64,000 bases of DNA from Epithemia pelagica. Its lineage: Eukaryota; Protista; Bacillariophyta. The stretch covers positions 2,480,001-2,544,000 of the forward strand of contig OX337240.1 of NCBI GenBank assembly GCA_946965045.2. Reading direction: 5' to 3'. Below are positions 35,209-47,338 of this stretch, piece by piece. Made by a program: the position numbers and the translations under genes. Numbering within the stretch: position 1 is the first letter of the stretch; each line of letters opens with the position of its first letter. The notes beneath the pieces were generated by a model, which worked only from the letters and a program-made list of their open reading frames with translations, searched no databases and was not told where the DNA came from.

Positions 35209-36444
35209 TTGGAAGGAACCATGACCACTACACTGCACGAACAAGCACGACAATCAGGGCTTTTCCTACCGGAAAAGACAGCGCAATGGAATAATAGCAA
35301 CTGGCCTCCTCTTGAGGGTGGATGGCGAGAGTATCATGCTACAGTCGTACTTGATCATCCCGATCAGCAGGACGACAATACCAACAACAACAACAAGAGA
35401 CAAACCGTCGTCGTAATGGGAGGACGCCAACGAGGACACGACGATGAGGTCAATTCCGTTCTGTTATTGGATTTAGCAGAGTCCAACATGCAGTGGCGAG
35501 AAGGGCCGCCCATGAACAAGAAACGTTCAGGACATACCGCCGTTGTGTGCAATGGAGGCGTCTACGTGATGGGAGGAGCCAGCAGTGTCACAAATATAGG
35601 TTCAAGTTTGGATTGTATGGAACGGATTGATGTAAACGATTTGCTACAATCATCTTTGGCAAGTACCAGCGATTCAAAAGAGAGCCACTGGACGACATTA
35701 ATTTGTCGATTATCGACCCAACGAAGAGGATGTTGTGCGGTTGCGGTTCAAAACCGGTACATTGTAGTAGTGGGTGGATCGAACCGGAGGAGAATGTCCT
35801 CGGTTGAGGTTATTGATACCAGGAACCACACTATCACTGCGGCACCAAGCATGAACGTTCCACGAGAATGGTGTGCCAGTGCGGTCATTGGTCACCGCAT
35901 CTTTGTCCTGGGAGGCCGAAGTCACGGCAATCTTGATTCGGTGGAGTATTTGGACTTTACAGAGGTTTGTGATAGTGCGGAAACAAAGGAGGAGACTGCT
36001 TCTACAGACATTGCATTCTCGTCCACTTGGACCATTCATTCTAATTTGAAGCTTTCCGTCCCACGAGGCTCTCATGCCGCGGTTCCTGTGGGATCCTGTC
36101 TGGTTGTGACGGGAGGACGCAGTACTAAAACCGTGGAAATCTTGGATACACGCGGCAACCGCACGTGGAAGCTCCCACAATTCGGAAAGGACCTTCGAGG
36201 CTGCAGTATCGTAGCCGTTGCGAATCAAATTGCACTGATTGGTGGACGTTGGCATCGTACCGGTTGTGCGACATTGCCACTCACGGACAAGAATTCGTGG
36301 TGTTTTCGTCGAGTCTATGAGCTGCCTCCAAATGGATGGTATCATTGTTCGAAAGGAATGTCGCAACATGGCCACCTCGGATTCAAAGGTCAGACTTTTC
36401 TTCCACCTGGTGCAAAGGCAAAGGTTTTCCCGGTTCCAACTTGA
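35209..36444 (+). CDS. Kelch-repeat protein
   Basis: Intact ORF with the same family termini (NWPPLEGGWREYH; CATLPLTDKNSWCFRR). Confidence 0.85.
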   Translation: MEGTMTTTLHEQARQSGLFLPEKTAQWNNSNWPPLEGGWREYHATVVLDHPDQQDDNTNNNNKRQTVVVMGGRQRGHDDEVNSVLLLDLAESNMQWREGPPMNKKRSGHTAVVCNGGVYVMGGASSVTNIGSSLDCMERIDVNDLLQSSLASTSDSKESHWTTLICRLSTQRRGCCAVAVQNRYIVVVGGSNRRRMSSVEVIDTRNHTITAAPSMNVPREWCASAVIGHRIFVLGGRSHGNLDSVEYLDFTEVCDSAETKEETASTDIAFSSTWTIHSNLKLSVPRGSHAAVPVGSCLVVTGGRSTKTVEILDTRGNRTWKLPQFGKDLRGCSIVAVANQIALIGGRWHRTGCATLPLTDKNSWCFRRVYELPPNGWYHCSKGMSQHGHLGFKGQTFLPPGAKAKVFPVPT

Positions 36445-36793
36445 CTGTCTTTGGATATTAAAAAAAAACAGATATTGGTGGTCAGTTCTCACGATTTCGC
36501 TGACAGAATCGTGTCAGACGCACCCAAAGGTGCTTCCAACCCCTGAAAAAAAAGATCGGCAGCAGCACCGACATGACTCACCCATGGCGACAAAAAACAA
36601 GCCTATGCGGCGTCTTGTCATTCAAGCTGTTGTAGCTCCGACGCTGCAATGTCTTGTCTGTATCACGGACAAGGGTATTCGCATGGATCGGGATACCCAG
36701 AGCCGAGAGAAGAGATGCCGAGCGCGTGGGAGACTGTAGCGCAATGAGGTGAAAGAGCATGAGACTCTTGGTTGATCCCGTGAAACAAGGGTG

Positions 36794-37166
36794 TAACCAT
36801 CTTCGTTTTTCCTACCCTCGCAGACATCCATTCTATTTGTTCTATTTGACTGATTTCTGCGAGGGTAGGGAAAAACTCTCCGTCCTTTTGGCACAAAGCC
36901 TGATCGTAAATGGTCCCCTCGTCATTGCTCTGCAACAAGCGCAACAAGTGCAACGAGAGCGCAAGGAGCGCGCAACAAGACCATCGAGCGAACCGAGTCC
37001 CTCGCACTAGTGACTAACCTAGATCTACCGTTCTAATAGAAATGGAGAGATGAAAATCGTCCAGAAAAATCCGCCATGGTCAAATTAGTCTCATGGTAAT
37101 GTTCATTTGCACTAGTGTAATGGTTGAAATTCCACGTATAAAAGCACGGCGTTGGGACCCATAGCT
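36794..37166. repeat. Dispersed ~360 bp repeat, copy B
   Basis: Matches 15846-16200; ends ~100 bp upstream of the CRN-like kinase start. Confidence 0.8.
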
Positions 37167-37267
37167 GCGAACAGCCGTGGCAGGGGACGCCCGTCCTGCG
37201 TCCGTCCGAAGCGGACAAACCAACACGCTGCAACAAAACATGGCATTGATGGGGTGCCAGAATCACC

Positions 37268-39049
37268 ATGGCGGAGGCTTGGAACCGAATCACAAACGAC
37301 GATTACAAGTCGTGGCTTTCAGAGCGGCAGGTAACTGCCTTTGAATTTAATGCAGCCTCGCTTGCTGACCGTAGCGCTCTCCGCGAACAGTTCGATCAGC
37401 ATCAGCTGCGACGGGTTGCAGCAGCGTCACAACAGCAGCAACCGTTGACGCTGTACAACTTGGTGTTTCGAGCCATCCCATCGGGCAGCTCGGGTGTGCC
37501 CCACATCCATGAAGATCTTGAAGAGTTCCCCATGGAGGAATTAAAATTGTTGCAAGTGCAAGAGTACACCAAGCCGCTGTATCGTCGTCTCCATTTACCT
37601 CGGAGGAACGGAGAAATCCACTACAGCCGCGAAAATCAGGTGCAGGCTCATTTGGAGACTTTGGTTACTGACGTGATTGACAGCTGCAATTATGGCCTAA
37701 CAACAGACATAGAAGCGGCCTTGAATGGTCTTAAAGTGGATATTGGCTTTCTCCGAGACGAAAACGACGACCTTTGTGGCACAATGGAAGTCAAACAACC
37801 ATATAGAAGATATGCTCAACCTCCGGATCCAGATCCTATGACCCATCCGAAGGTTGTCACGCAGGTGTTATCTCAGATGATACCTCTTCGTACTATGTAT
37901 GGAGTGAAGAACGTGTACGGCATTCTTTCTACGTACTCATCATGGCGATTCTTTCGTTGGTTGCCCTCCGAGGAGTATGAAATTCGTACGGACGAATCAT
38001 TGGAAGAGTCTGAAATCACAAAAAAGCTGGAAAACCTTGCTATGTCTGATAATCAAATTGAGGAGGGCTCGTCGGTCGTAGAAGCGTCGCAATATCGTAC
38101 GCCCCGTAAGGCAAGGAGCGGCACCTTGGGACCTCGCATCTCTCCTCCGACGTCACCCAAGCCATATTGCGATTGTGATCAAACGGAACAAGACGGAGAC
38201 GAGGATCAAGAATCTGATGGTGACACTACGACTAAGCGTGGCATACTATATGCATCAGAGGTAATATCAGACGCTCCAAAGGCACTGCGAGTTTTGGCGT
38301 GGGTGTTGGGAGAAATGTACCTCTCCCCGAGGCAGTACGTCCCCTCCCATCAACGCGATTTCCTCTATGTTGTCAAGAAAGGAGAGGACGACATCGTAGG
38401 GGGCTACGAACGCGTTCGACACGACGCGGAGTTTTACAAAGGACGCATGCCACGAGTGGATGTTGAGAAACTGTATATCTTGGAAGAACTCGGCCACAGG
38501 TCGCATGGAAGAGTCTTTCGTGCAATGAGTAAGGGCGGCAATCTCTGCGTGATCAAGTACTTTGTCAAGTCCCAATACGCTCTGAACGAGAATGGCAAAC
38601 GCGTACAATTTGATGCAAGCGCTGCAGCACAGAAATCTGTTTCGTATTGGAACGCAGTATACGCCCACAACTGGCTACCAGCGGCAAGATTTGGGACATG
38701 GGGTGGGGGCGATGCTATCCTTATGCCTGATTTGGAGAAAATACCAGTGATGGAGGCAGAAGAGCGACTTTTTGTCATGAACAAGCTGGAAGAGACGATG
38801 AAAGAAAGGTTCCACCGGAGGGGCATCTGGCATGATGATCCGGCATGGCGCAATGTTGCACTTGTTCGCAACCAACTTGGTCGCATTACAAAAGTCTGCA
38901 TGATTGATTTGGAACCTGCCCGTATGATAGAGAAGGTTGAATTAGACAAGTGGGGGGAGTTTGAGACAATGTGGGGGAAGTTCCAGAAGGTGCTCGACGC
39001 AGATTGGGACAATTTCAAAGCTACACTATTGACAGGAACCTCACACTGA
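37268..39049 (+). CDS. CRN-like protein: short head + PD-(D/E)XK nuclease-like domain + protein kinase domain (copy 1)
   Basis: KVDIGFL...MEVKQP (D..ExK). Kinase motifs: ELGHRSHGRVF (Gly loop), CVIKYF, HDDPAWRNV (catalytic loop) and MIDLE (DFG equivalent). Confidence 0.7.
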   Translation: MAEAWNRITNDDYKSWLSERQVTAFEFNAASLADRSALREQFDQHQLRRVAAASQQQQPLTLYNLVFRAIPSGSSGVPHIHEDLEEFPMEELKLLQVQEYTKPLYRRLHLPRRNGEIHYSRENQVQAHLETLVTDVIDSCNYGLTTDIEAALNGLKVDIGFLRDENDDLCGTMEVKQPYRRYAQPPDPDPMTHPKVVTQVLSQMIPLRTMYGVKNVYGILSTYSSWRFFRWLPSEEYEIRTDESLEESEITKKLENLAMSDNQIEEGSSVVEASQYRTPRKARSGTLGPRISPPTSPKPYCDCDQTEQDGDEDQESDGDTTTKRGILYASEVISDAPKALRVLAWVLGEMYLSPRQYVPSHQRDFLYVVKKGEDDIVGGYERVRHDAEFYKGRMPRVDVEKLYILEELGHRSHGRVFRAMSKGGNLCVIKYFVKSQYALNENGKRVQFDASAAAQKSVSYWNAVYAHNWLPAARFGTWGGGDAILMPDLEKIPVMEAEERLFVMNKLEETMKERFHRRGIWHDDPAWRNVALVRNQLGRITKVCMIDLEPARMIEKVELDKWGEFETMWGKFQKVLDADWDNFKATLLTGTSH

Positions 39050-39129
39050 ATGCGCACGCAGGGACCACTTTCCTTTTTTGGCCCACGTCGAACTCAGCAC
39101 GTGATTCGAGCACCACGGACCAATACTGT

Positions 39130-40546
39130 TGCGCCTTGAGATTGCACCAGATGAGTCTCGATCTTTTACCTCTACTTCTTCAAAATTACAGGCAGAAAAA
39201 TCCCTATAGGCGCGTTCTCACTGCATCCTTCTTGAAGGAACGAAAAGTTATGGAGGTCAAGGTGTGGTATTCTCTGAAGGAAATTAAGGACAGAGATGCT
39301 TCCCTTCCCCACTTTATACATCACGGAAAGGATTTTCCGTTCCAGCTATGCGAACTCTACCTCTACGACGCACCTCCTGACATGGTTCCCATGGGGAACA
39401 CCCGAATGGTTGCCTTCTCTTACCCCAACTCGGGTTGGTTTGAAACGATGAGGAAGGACCAGCATCACGTGCGACTGTACATGCCCATGTGGACTCTGTC
39501 TGAACTCAAGGAAGCCGTTTATGTGCTCGGTCTAAAAGTGTCCCCATAACAATTGCTTGGAAGGATTGAACTCTTTGGGGGCACGGGAGGGCAAGGAAGC
39601 CATCGATGCCACTTTGGGCAAGATAGAATCGTTGGATTACGTGTCAAGGTGCTTCGAGGGAAAGGTGGACTTGGAGAATGTCGTCCATCGCCTAATAGGG
39701 ACGATGCCGACTGGAGGGATAAAAAAATTGAAACCGGCTTCCAAGATGGTCGCTTCGATGATACACAATAAGCTCACCCAGAGTCTCGACTCTGAGCGGC
39801 AAAAGCTGGACGGAGCGGGCAAGGCTGGTCCGTTTCTCGCCTGGCTCTTTGAGGAGTTTGCGCACGAGATTTTTCTGAAGGGACGGGAGTTTTGCTTAAG
39901 GCCTCTGATGGAAGGAGTATCGCCAGCCACGCTAGTCATTGAGGCGGCAACGGGCCACTACAAGGGCTTCAAATTGGAGGAGCCCCTCGAGGAAATGCTG
40001 GTGAATGCGTATAACATACCCGACGCGCCGAACCTACAGTCGATTGATTCGTACTATGAAAACGAATCTGGGAAATGGATGTTTCAGATGACGAGGTTCT
40101 TCAATCACGAAGAAGACCTTGACGACATTGTAGACTTGCTGAAGTCTTTGGGACATCTGGGAAAAGTAAAGTCGAACCCGTCTTTCGCGAAGCTTGTTTT
40201 CGTCATGCCAGCCAAAGTGGAAAGCACGTTCATGAAGCAGAAGATATCAAACGATCCGATCTTTGAGGGCAAGACAAGTGTGGATGCGATAATGACTGCT
40301 GATTGCTCTGAAATCAATGGGATTGAAGAAGGGAGGAAGAAGATTTTGAACGATAACGGAATCTTCACTATTCAGCAGTTGCTGGACTCCCACAAGAAAA
40401 AGCCAATGACACTCGTGAAAACCTACATCGAAGAGTTCCTCAAAAAGCTGGACACTTTTCAGGATGCAAAGAGATATCAGAAGATACCTCAATACGTGAT
40501 TGGGATAGACTACAGCTTGGAACACGATGAGCCAACAAAGGGTTGA
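39130..40546 (+). pseudogene. CRN-like NTPase + nuclease relic (frameshifts, stop, Walker A lost)
   Basis: SIFYLYFF/..YRQKNP, YMPMWTLSEL, IELFGG, AWLFEEFAH and IDSYY..WMFQMT occur in shifting frames. TAA at 39547-39549 stands where copy 2 has GAA. Confidence 0.6.
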
Positions 40547-40813
40547 GCAATAGTACAGTGCATTATTTAAAGAAAGTCACAGGATGTGTAATGACAAGCC
40601 TCGCAACAAGTAGGAGGTCGATGGGAAACTATCGTCATCAAAACCACCGTGTTCTAGGCAATTATGCTTTCGCTGAGGCGTCACAGCATGTCTAGTTTCG
40701 GAAATTGTGAACTTTACACAAGGCGATGTTATGATGTTCGGTGCTTATTTGGTGTTACCAAAGTGGACACGATTAAAGCCTTTGTGCTCGAATGACGGGA
40801 CAGTGCGTGTGGT

Positions 40814-42000
40814 TCACAGAGTTGACGCGGCTACTACGGATCTACCTGTAGTGGTGGGTCCACCTTCTTTTCCTCCTTGGCGCCAGGATCCGTAGGATCC
40901 GTTTCCGGCGACGCGTCCACCACCACCAATTCGGGTCCATGTTTTGCCACGGCCTGGCGCAAGGCAGTCGCCAAGGCGGGAGACGCTTTCCTGCACGGCT
41001 TGCCAAAATCGAGTCCAATTGGGAAAGGGCGTGGCATTATTTTCCGTCAAGAAGGCCACGGACGACGGTTGCAAATTGAGGACACTGTGTGGCCAACCGG
41101 TCGGTACATGGACGATTTCGCCGGGTTATTGCCAAACGTGCACAGCCACGTCCCCATATAGTACTCCATGGCTCTCGTTGGTAATGACCTTCTTGCGCAA
41201 ACCACACAAGGCCGATGGAATTTGTGGCAATTGCATGCCAATGAGAGCGCGGTCCACCGTGGGAGGAAACACAAGGCCCATCGTTTGGCGCTTGTATTAG
41301 TAACGTGACCCAGGCATGAGTACCGACGGGATCGACGTGCAAGCCCGTACCGGAACGTTCTCCGCCCATGAAAATCCAACGATTGGGAGGACGCGAGACG
41401 GTGGCGGAGGACGACGCGGTGGTGGACGCTTCGTCGTCCGTTTCTGGTTCGCTGCTCTCGTCGTCGTCCTCGTCCTCCTCGTCATGATCTTCTTCTTCTT
41501 CCAACAAGGCCAACATATCTTGGGACCAATCACATCCCCATCTGTCCATGGGAGCACTACTACTGGTTCGTCGTCGTCCATTTCATTGTTGCTGCTGTCA
41601 GCTGGATGATTGTCGTCGTCTTGATGATACACGTCGACGAGTTCGGGCCGTTCGGCCATTTGGACTTGCGCCAACTGTCAAACCGTTCTTCCGCCGACAC
41701 AAGACGACAGTTCGACCCAGATGGCGGAGCCGGAAGTCGTGGAGACGCGACTCCAGTACTACTAGTAGTAGTAGTGGTAGATGCCATGGGATTCTTTGCT
41801 GGTTGTGTAGTAGTAGTGGCAGGGAACGAACATGGACACCACCGGTCCAAATGTTCACCGACGACCGTGGAAGGAGCAGTCCCCATTCGGCAGCAGCCTC
41901 CGTCTTGACGGGTCTGGAGGACAGAGCAGTTGGTTTGTGGACAGGTTCGATTCCAGTATCCCACACACCCAAAACTGCCCCCCAGCAATGGCAGCAGCTC
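40814..42000 (-). pseudogene. JmjC-domain (JMJD6/PSR-like) pseudogene
   Basis: [24 protein letters not shown], then a frameshift near 41293 to KRWAL, then [19 protein letters not shown] (TAA at 41126-41128). The 5' end is unclear. Confidence 0.75.
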
Positions 42001-43212
42001 CGCCATGTCCATCCTCCATGTCGACTGGAAATGGTGGTGAAAATCATTGGCCCGGCACTACTACGTGCCCCTCCTTGCGAGTGCCAGAGCGGTGTGGGTG
42101 TTGCCGGTTGGCCATTGTTGTGGTTTGGGTCGCAGTTGTTGTGGTTTGGGTGGGTGAGTGGGTGGTTGGTTGAGACTTTATATCGTAGTGTCTCAATGGT
42201 CCTGCGACTTGTCGGGCCGTCGTCATCATGCTATCCAGTCGTCTTGGTTGCTGGATGCAACCAGGGGGAATCGCATGACTGGGGGCCGTTGTACGTACAG
42301 TCTTGTTCCTGAAGCAACATCATCATCACCCATTTCTCTACCACAGCCGAGTGTCGGTTCCCAAACGCGAGGCTTGTTCCAATCCTGTACAGTCCCGATC
42401 CAAGACTCCAGCCATGGGAGGCATGGTTCTGGCAGACATTTTTGGATCCACAAGGGTCTCTCTCGTGGTCGTGTAGAGTTGTTGTGCTTCTTGTGGGTCG
42501 TTTCGAATAAGGTCTACCAATAATAATACGATGGTGGCGAGATTTCTGGCCATCACGACGGGTGATGCTTACAGAAATGTCGTTTGTTGATCTGGTGAGG
42601 AGGAGGAGGACAAGGACGGCGGCGCATGATCTGACATCACCATCCCACAACCGCAGAAACGACTTGTTGTGGATCGATCAATTCCAAGGTCGTCGAGGTG
42701 AACAGGGAACACCATGAAAGAGAGGAATCTTTGTACTTTTGTTTGTGTATCTTGAACAACATAATTGATGTCACGGCAACAGATACTGAGCGGCGTGTCA
42801 TGTAGTCTATGTGCGATTGCCTCGATCCGTAGTCCGAGCTCGATGCGTTCGTCCGTCGGTCCTTCCATGACCGGGGGCGGTCCGATGCATGCCAGCCTTG
42901 TCGACAGCGATTTTTTTCGTCGCGGCACAGTTGCGGGAATACGCACAGAACACTGTCGGTCGCATATGATATAAAAAAGATTCACAAGGGTATCTTTTTT
43001 GGCGTGTGTTGCTCTCCATCCCATTGAATAGAGATCTATCCCTCTCGTTCGACATGTCTGTATCATTCAATTTTTGTTTGTGGTTGCTGTCTGGAACAAA
43101 GAGACACACTGGTGGTACTCCAGACGCCTAGTGAAAAGATTCACAAGGAAGAAGACCAATCAAACGATTGTTTGTACAAACGAGTGTTTGAAAGAAGAAG
43201 AGCAAAATCATA

Positions 43213-46200
43213 ATGGTCTTGACTCATGAAATTGTGGATGGTGTGGAAGCCAAATTAAGCATTCATGGTGTCTTGGAAAAGACCAAGTACACCTTATTTT
43301 ATTCCATGGTGGGTGTGGTGTGCCTCACCATTTTGATCTCCTACGGCAGTGTGGCCTTGGTGCTGGAAACGATTGCTCGCAACAATCCCAATTGGAAAAC
43401 CTGGCAACGCTTTGACACATCCAATAATGCCTTTCGAAGGCCTTCCACAGCCATTTATGTACAGGACATGGTGTCCCAGAACATTCCCTTTGCGCAACGG
43501 TGGTTTCAAGATTATGTTCGGACTACAACTACTAGCTCCTTGCAAAATGATGATAGTGCCCTCTTAGTCAAGGTGCCCTGGGATCGTCCCACAACAAATT
43601 CTGTCACCAAGCACCAGGAGGGTCCTTTCGAGCAGGAAGGCGAGGTGTCGGAATCCACCTGTTTGGTCAATTTCCTCTCCTTGGTGCAAGCAGTGTTGGT
43701 GCAAGAACCAGACCCAGCAGACACCAGCATCAACCATACTACCAGCACGATCATGACAAATCCAGAGTACGTTGAGTTGGTATTGGAGCACATGGGGTTG
43801 CGGTACAGCATTCCCATTCGTCGCGCCTTGTCGGCCTACTTGAACGAACCCCAACCCTTGGAACACTGGTTTCTGTTTCCTAGTGACAGTATCATTGCCA
43901 ACAATCCCCTCTTGGATTGTTGGATGGGCATTGTGGGGTTGCCCGAATTGGCCTGTGCGTTACAAGAAAGCACCCATGAGTGGGAAGTTTTGCGCCAAGC
44001 TGCTGCTGCTTTTTCGGATGCATCGTCCTCTTCACCTCTGCGTGAATATATTCTCTATGTGGTCCATGTGGCGGTGGTGCTGGAAACGTTGATTGCCGGT
44101 GACAATAAGGCTAAAGTCGCTGCTGGCTTGGTCCAGAATGTAGATACATTGGAAGAAATCTTGTCCATCTTGCAACAGGGTCAATGGCGTGCCCTTCAAA
44201 AACAGCAGCAGCAGTCCTAACAAGATTTCCATCGCTATGGAAGAATGTTCCAAACCATGATTCGTGAATCCGTAGGACCAACCAGGTCGTCGACGTCGAC
44301 CTTGTTTACCATGAATATACTGCAAACCATGCAACAACAAGTCGCATTGGGCCATGTGGACCAAGCCCGCGTCGGATTGACCTTGACCACGACTCGAAGC
44401 AATTCTACAACAACACAAGGTTTTCCCCGTCGTTCCGCCGAATGGACCAATGGATATACCACATGGAGTGTCGTCCATGCCATTGCCACTCAACCCTTGT
44501 ATCATCTCATCCAGTTCTTGATCCCATCCGTCACATGTCCAGCTTCTTTGGCACAAGTGTCGTCGGAATGGCTCGATCGTCACATTGTGGTAGCCGCCTT
44601 GACTCACATGATTGTCCCCACTATGAATTCATCCCTCGCAGTACTGGGAAATTTCAGTCAACCCTTTCAGCAGTACATACTGGAAGAGGAATATAATTTG
44701 CCCGAGAGTCGATGGTCCGAGGCACAACTTTTGGGAGCGCTCAATACCGAAACGATTCAGTTGTCAAGTCCATCCAAGAGCACTGTAGAAGAACGCTTGT
44801 ATGACTGGTGTGGTGAAACATGTCATTATCGAAACAGTGGTGGGCCATGGAGATTTACCAAAGATTCCATTCCTTTCTTGACCAATTTGTCCGACGAGCA
44901 ATTTCGATTGTACTATTCCATATTTTTGTGGGTCACTGGTGTTTTGACGGGCCTGGGATCCGAAATCTTTGTCTGCCTCTTGTATCTGCGTACGTGGACG
45001 GCCGACCGTGAAATGTGGTGGCGGTACGTCCAATTAATCTTTCCTCTCTTGGTCACAACTGGCTTGGCCATGGCTGCCCAGCGGGATTTTTTGTCACTTC
45101 TGTTTGTGGTGGTTGGCTTGTGGAAGTTTGGCTTTCGCGAGGTCATTATGTATCTCTACGTCGGCTTTTTGGATGTCAAGGCGCCTCGATTACTGCGAGT
45201 TGCAGACGTTTTAAATGGTCTAGGAACCATTATTCATCACAGTATTACTGTATGGTTTGCCGCCATGCAGCTGGGAGGCGTGTTTGTGCCGGACCGCTAT
45301 GTCATTGCCTGTACCACTGTACCCTTGATGCAACATTGGTTTGTTTTGCTGGCCAACGCCAATCCCAATCTTTACATTACCATTGAACTCATCTTGGAAG
45401 TCTACTTTGAATGGATTGCCTTCTCGTACATGGGACATTACTACTATGCACAGGGACTAGCGGGCGCCAAGGCACCGGCCACCATGGTCTTGGCCCATTG
45501 GTTTTATTGGCGGCCGCCACGATTGAACTCTTGGCTCCTTCTATGGAAGATGAAGACGACGATGCGATTTCCGTCAGTACCAACAATACACCCTTCCGCC
45601 ATATGCATACACGAGGCGTTCAAGTATTTGCCCGTCGCAACTCGAGCGATCTCGAGTTTCGGCCGCCCTCCAAAATGGAAATTCGCCGCAGCACGTCTAT
45701 AACAGCAAACGAAACGGACGTTAGTGGAACAGTGGACCTATGGGGAGGACTCAGCAGCAGAGAGTTGTATCAAGACAGCACATCGTTTTTGCGAGGAGGA
45801 TCCATCAATGATGATGATGGCTTTGACAATGGTCCCGACCATGCAAAGCTCGGCACCAGTCCGATGCGTCGTCGCCACACTTTCCCGAGCTCGGGATTGA
45901 TGGACCAGGAAATGAGGTCCTTGTCACTTTTTAGCAGCAAGCACAACGAGGAATCAAAACAACCAACAATCCCTCTGTCTCGTCCCGGGAAAAGTATCCT
46001 GGTAAGGAAAAATGATGATAACCCCAGTGTTGTAGGAAATGGTGAGATGAAGAACATTCCAGCGGGGGTCCATGTCCTGGATAGTCCCACGACAGGTTGG
46101 ACTAGCAGCCACGACAATCTCCTCACCCCAAATACTCGCAATAAAGGAGACCAGGAGGACGAAACTGTAAACCGTGCCGTGGAGAATAGTCCCTCTTCGC

Positions 46201-46409
46201 CTTTTCCGGGTATTGAGCAAAGCAACCGTCAACATGATAACACAAATACAGAGCTTCTCGCCACCACCCAGACGAGTAGTCCCGATCAGGAGGTTGTGAG
46301 CAAAATCAACAGTCCATTCCAAGTACTCAAAGAGCGCAATGAATATACCACCAGGAACCAGAACAAGGACTCACCCGCTACAACTTTGGAGAGGCGTTCC
46401 TTATTCTAA
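43213..46409 (+). pseudogene. Large multi-pass membrane protein gene split by one in-frame stop (44218-44220) and one -1 frameshift (~45507)
   Basis: ORFs 43213..44220 and 44245..45702 are in the same frame. HWFY continues as LAAATIELL in the frame of ORF 45411..46409. It has many TM segments with IIHH and QHWF motifs; family not identified. Confidence 0.55.
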
Positions 46410-47338
46410 TGGGCTTTGGAACAAGCGACACCTCAAAAGAGGCGCTGATTGGGCCTGACTGTCGTGGATGAACAGAATGGGGATCCTCAAGGATGTCACA
46501 ATAACATGTTTTCTCCCAAATAACAACCCACGGAAGCGTAGTGACCAACGAATGGCTAGTATCCCTAATCTTGCCACGCAGACCACCGGCGATTCAGCGA
46601 AATTTTGACTCCCACCATTGCAACCAATCAACAACCGGAGCAGATCCGATTACCATGGTCACAATAACATGTTTTCTCCCGAATATCAATTGATCTGTTC
46701 CCATGGGAACCGAATAACCAACCAGATGCGAACACGCACGTTTTTCTCCGATCAACCAACGTCTATTTGGCATGACAGTGAGACCCATGTCGTGGTTGGA
46801 CTCGCACGACCTTCTTCTCTGTTCGATAAGGGCAAGCCTCTGTGGTAGTACCATCGACATACGATTGTGATATCCTTGAGACTCGCAGCAGGGACCTCCG
46901 GGATTATCGCTGTCCAACCAAAATCGTCCTCCAGCTCCACGACACACGTTCGAAAACATGGTAACGTGTAGGAAAAGAGTCTGCCTTATGCTGCTCCCAC
47001 TAGTGGCACTTCGTGGAGCTACAAGTCTATGGAGCGGGATCAGAAAGTACCATGCTCTACTTCTTCGCTACATCGTCTTTTCAGTTTCAAAACAGATCGT
47101 AAAAAGCCCATCAACCAAACAAAATCATTCTCAGTTGCTGATGACTCGTTGTTGACCAACCATGTCAAGAGTTTCAATGAAATCTCTGAACCCCGCGGGT
47201 TACAAGAATGTTAATTTGAGACAAGAGCCCCGTCAGTGGTCATAAAAATCCGAAATCCTTCGTCAGTTTGGTGCTCCATCTTCTCATAATTTCCAATCGA
47301 GCAAACGATCAAGCAAGCTTCTACCTTAGTCTACGATC

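Noticed and set aside
46490-46900. Short repeated motif GTCACAATAACATGTTTTCTCCC (two direct copies, one weaker inverted copy)
   Set aside because: Too short and unstructured to assign to an element or gene.
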